Source: Octopus sinensis
Taxonomy: Eukaryota
Direction of reading: 5' to 3'
NCBI RefSeq assembly: GCF_006345805.1
Contig: NW_021834724.1
Span: 1 to 26,741 of the forward strand
Length of the DNA stretch: 26,741 nt
Of this stretch, positions 23,384-26,741 are shown piece after piece. Every line of letters begins with the position of its first letter. Positions within the stretch are counted from its first letter, which is position 1. The position numbers and the translations under genes were made by a program. The notes below the pieces were generated by a model that was given only the letters and a program-made list of their open reading frames with translations, was not told the DNA's origin and did not search any database.

Positions 23384-23856
23384 CATACATACACACTCGT
23401 ATACATATAAATCTGCACACACACTTGCATATACATACATGTATGTGTGAGGACATGAGTCTATGCCTAGATATATACATTGATATTTATACCTCCATAG
23501 CAGTATGTGTAAGATGCCAGGGTTTTTTCCCCTCCCATTTTTTTTCATAAATTCCAAAGTCTGATGCTCCACCTTACTAACCCCATATACTTAATGAATT
23601 AGAATATAGCAGTCGACTCTAAGGGAGATAAATCTCCTTCAGTTAATGTTAAGCCAGTATGAATCTAAAATAAAGAAATAAAAATATAAACTAACAAAAT
23701 ATTTTAGTTTTACATTATTTTAAAAACAAACAATGTGCATGTGTGAAATTAAAAATATAAAATGACAATTTACCCATCACACCCTCTGTGCATGTGTGTG
23801 TGTGTGTGCACAGCATTATTCATGTGGCAAGTTTTCTACACCCTGATGCCCTTATA

Positions 23857-24420
23857 TCTATATATATAAAACTGTAGTTGTGTGAGTGTCTGTCCCCTTC
23901 GATTTAGATTCCTAACTACTCCCACATTTTGCGGTGCAGTTTAACCAAATTCGGGTATCTTATAGTCGTGATTCATATCGAGCCCGTCTGAGTATTAGCG
24001 CACGTCTACGATGAGTCTACGATTTTAAAAATAATTTAACATCATTTTTTATTCCATTTTAATGCATAATTTTTCGTGTGTCGATGGCGGTGGAGTTGGC
24101 GTCCATGGTCACACCTGCACCTGTTTGCTTCTCCCCTTCTTCCCTCCCTTGTGAAGCTGTGGAGGAGGGAGTGTAAAGAAATCAACGTCATAAAGCGTTG
24201 TCAAGGAGACCAGCGTTCTTTTAGAACAACGACTTCATGGCTTGAAGACACCAAAATAGAAAATGTCTACGATGAGTCAACGATTTAAAAAAAAATTTAC
24301 CATAATTTTTTTTCCACTTTTAATGCATTTTTTTTTGCTATTTTTTGGCTATAACTCTCTAAAAATGCTTATATAGTTATTTCCCTTACAAACCTGAGCA
24401 ACGCCGGGCGATACTGCTAG
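23857..24420 (+). mobile_element. Non-autonomous Helitron, 564 bp
   Basis: 5' TCTATATATATAAAA, 3' CTAG preceded by GC hairpin cctgagcaacgccggg, inserted between A and T without duplication; internal ~63-bp direct repeat (24004-24067 / 24265-24328). Confidence 0.9.
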
Positions 24421-24430
24421 TATATATATA

Positions 24431-25090
24431 ATTAAATAAGGGTAGAAATTGATATTAATCAATTAAAACCAGTGGCTTAACATATTTTAAAAAATCCAAA
24501 GATTAAAAATTGGTTCAACATACAAAATTTAGAGGACTGACCACTAAAAGTATATAAAACAATTTTTTTAATCTTCGGATTTTTTAAAATATGCTAAGCC
24601 ACTGGTTTTAATTGATTAATATCAATTTCTACCCTTATTTAATTTTAAATTAAAAAATGTTCTCTAACCGGTAAATTGACAGCTGTAGTTTATTAACTGC
24701 AGAGTAGTTTCTGATCTCAGCGCGCCAAAGTAAAGGCATTTGAAAGATACACCTAAATATAATTTGTAGAACTTTATACATGATGGATTTCGGTTAAACA
24801 TTCTGTATCTAGTTCTGGAAATTGTGTTTTGTAAACGACAGACTATGCTGTTGATCTTGCAGATGTTTGCGTGTTCATATACGTAAATATTAACAAGTGA
24901 AATCAATTGGTACGTAGGTAATCGTTTTTTATTTCGTATATTTTCATGTGTCTTGCTTATTTTTACACTTTGGATTTTTGCTGAGATTTTTCTTGAGAAC
25001 ACATTCTTCGTGGTAAATGGCGATTTGACATCTATGTCTAGCATAGAGGCTGTCCACTTTTAGCGGTCAGTCCTCTAAATTTTGTATATA
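24431..25090. mobile_element. Non-autonomous hammerhead-bearing element: ~540-bp monomer plus ~120-bp inverted partial copy
   Basis: 24431-24517 is inverted at 24556-24644; 24520-24551 is inverted at 25056-25088; (TA)n flanks. Confidence 0.75.
24843..24917 (+). ncRNA. Type I hammerhead-ribozyme-like motif with A6U core variant and long stem II
   Basis: CUAUG CUGUUGA [u cuug cag AUGUUUGCGUGU ucau AUACGUAAAUAU uaa caag u] GAAA UCAAUUGG UA^CGUAG. Confidence 0.65.
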
Positions 25091-25340
25091 TATATATATA
25101 TTTATAAATAAGGATAATATCAATATTTAAATATCGATATTATCAAGTGGCCAGCATGGGAATAAATACCATACAAAGGTAATAATTTTTTTACAACTAT
25201 AAATAAGGATATCTGAGAGACACCACCATGCCGAAATAGCAGTCAAAACCCTGACTCCAAAAACCACCTAAAATGTTCATATTGCACCATGAGATAAGAT
25301 AGAGGGACAAAATAAACTAGCAAAAAGATTTTACTGGATA

Positions 25341-25399
25341 ATTCAAGATCCTGGATTTCTAACTTTGCTTCAAATAAGCTCTGCCTTCATCAGTTTAAT
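25341..25399 (-). ncRNA. Type I hammerhead ribozyme motif, left arm
   Basis: AUUAAA CUGAUGA [aggc aga GCUU auuug AAGC aaa guua] GAAA UCCAGGA UC^UUGAAU; one stem I mismatch. Confidence 0.7.
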
Positions 25400-25738
25400 A
25401 TACCAGATGGGCACATAAATACAAATATATATATATACAGAACATACGTTATACTTACATATACGAACGTCCATACATACATATATATTCACGTATGTAC
25501 ACGGCCAGTCCAAATTGCCTGCCAACCACCCCATAGGTGCGATATGGTCAAAATAAACACCGCAGCGAATATAGAGACAAATTATATAAATTTATAAATA
25601 AGGATAATATCGATATTTAGGGCAATTTGGACTGGCCGTGTACATACGTGCATATTTATGTATGTATGGACGTTCGTATATGTAAGTATAACATATGTTC
25701 TGTATAGATATATTTGTATTTATGTGCCCATCTGGTAT

Positions 25739-25797
25739 ATTCAACTGACGAAAGCAGAGTTTATTTGAAGCAAAGCTAGAAATCCAGGATCTTGAAT
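25739..25797 (+). ncRNA. Type I hammerhead ribozyme motif, right arm
   Basis: AUUCAA CUGACGA [a agc aga guuu auuug aagc aaa gcu a] GAAA UCC A GGA UC^UUGAAU; perfect 6-bp stem I, canonical core, predicted cut after 25791. Confidence 0.75.
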
Positions 25798-26029
25798 TAT
25801 CCAGTAAAATCTTTTTGCTAGTTTATTTTGTCCCTCTATCTTATCTCATGGTGCGATATGAACATTTTAGGTGGTTTTTAGAGTCAGGGTTTTGACTGTT
25901 ATTTCGGCATGGTGGTGTCTCTCAGATACCCTTATTTATAGTTATATATATATATATATATATATATAATCAATTCTTTCCTGCTTGCATAGATCAGGCA
26001 AAAATTGTTGAGGTGAATTTTCCACAGCC

Positions 26030-26178
26030 AGATGCCCTCTCAGTTTCCATCTAATGAATCTACTCACAAGGCCTTGGCTGACCTGTGGATGACTATAGTA
26101 GAAGGCACTTGCCCAAGATGTCACGCAGTGAGACTGAACTTGAAACTACATGGTTAGGAAGCAAGTTTTTTCACTATG
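26030..26178 (-). mobile_element. SINE family A, 5' half
   Basis: ctcacaaggccttgg...ctatagtagaaggcacttgcccaag...gactgaac...tggttaggaagcaag. Confidence 0.85.
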
Positions 26179-26394
26179 TATGAATGAATTTGTGTGTGGA
26201 GAAAGAAGAATCCTAAATAAAATGTATGCCTCAATTTTGCAAGAACAAGCATGGTTTATGTCAAAATTAGGTTTTGTAAATTTAATATTTTCAGTACATT
26301 TCAATCAGTTTATGAAATATTTTTAACTAAATATATTCCTCCTGAAAATTTTATTTTTTATATTTTCTACAAGCAAGACAACAGAGAAGTTTAC

Positions 26395-26579
26395 CTGTTG
26401 TATAGAAGCCATTTCTGAACTGTCCATTGTTGAGTTGATGGATGGGTTGATGGCGGATACCATTGCAGCTACTTCCATATGTCGATTGCAAATAACTGGT
26501 TTACCATTTAAATACAGCCAATTCTTTTCAGCTATTCCATTGCTGATAGTTTGCCCTCTCTTATCTTCATTTCCTTTAC
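26395..26579 (-). CDS. MEN1: Menin internal coding exon, 185 nt: (G)KGNEDKRGQTISNGIAEKNWLYLNGKPVICNRHMEVAAMVSAINPSINSTMDSSEMASIQQ
   Basis: Manual translation aligns gap-free with human menin [62 protein letters not shown]. Acceptor ttgcactgcAG, donor GTaaac, ends in phase 0. Absent from the ORF track. Confidence 0.96.
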
Positions 26580-26741
26580 CTGCAGTGCAAAAGTAGTCAA
26601 GTTATTTGTATTTTTACAATTAATAAATGCTTTATTTGCATATTAAAAAAAAAGTATGAAGAAACATAAACTAAACCAATGTTACTAGAAGTAATCATAA
26701 AGTATTGCCCGAAATTGCGTTTACAACTATTAACAGTGATA

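Larger units (their letters stand above)
25100..25945. mobile_element. Non-autonomous hammerhead-bearing element: 490-bp monomer with ~30-bp terminal direct repeat plus ~325-bp inverted copy
   Basis: atttataaataaggataatatcRatattta at 25100 and 25590; arms 25195-25519 / 25621-25945; (TA)n flanks. Confidence 0.85.

Noticed and set aside
5329-23572. Many 60-160 aa ORFs (poly-I/L, HT/YI repeats, GYSRRHLPKVP)
   Set aside because: They are translations of microsatellites and SINE copies.
24664-25044. 126-aa ORF in the hammerhead-bearing element
   Set aside because: No recognisable domain, AT-driven composition, antisense to the hammerhead; no equivalent ORF in the related 25100 element.
25203-25252. 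Second, opposite-polarity hammerhead in the same arm (ctgagagacaccaccatgccgaaatagcagtcaaaaccct), which would suggest a viroid-like ambisense RNA
   Set aside because: The core lacks one nucleotide, stem II is mismatched, stem I is out of register, and the homologous segment of the 24431 element has no such core. Worth rechecking only on the family consensus.

Overview
AT-rich, repeat-dense eukaryotic DNA, most likely an Octopus genome (inferred from the tRNA-derived SINE families). The whole window lies inside a minus-strand menin (MEN1) gene. Three coding exons are present (26395-26579, a 41-nt exon at 19673-19713, and 1714-1938); they splice in frame across 6.7-kb and 17.7-kb introns. The introns hold about 20 copies of two tRNA-derived SINE families, a decayed mariner, a non-autonomous Helitron, piggyBac-type MITEs, decayed LINE remnants and microsatellites. 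The most notable content is four small non-coding insertions, most with foldback or partial-tandem structure, each carrying a type I hammerhead-ribozyme-like motif (Penelope/retrozyme-like), plus a foldback element built from two divergent tRNA-Thr-like sequences. All calls were made by eye; folds, alignments and repeat boundaries are uncomputed.
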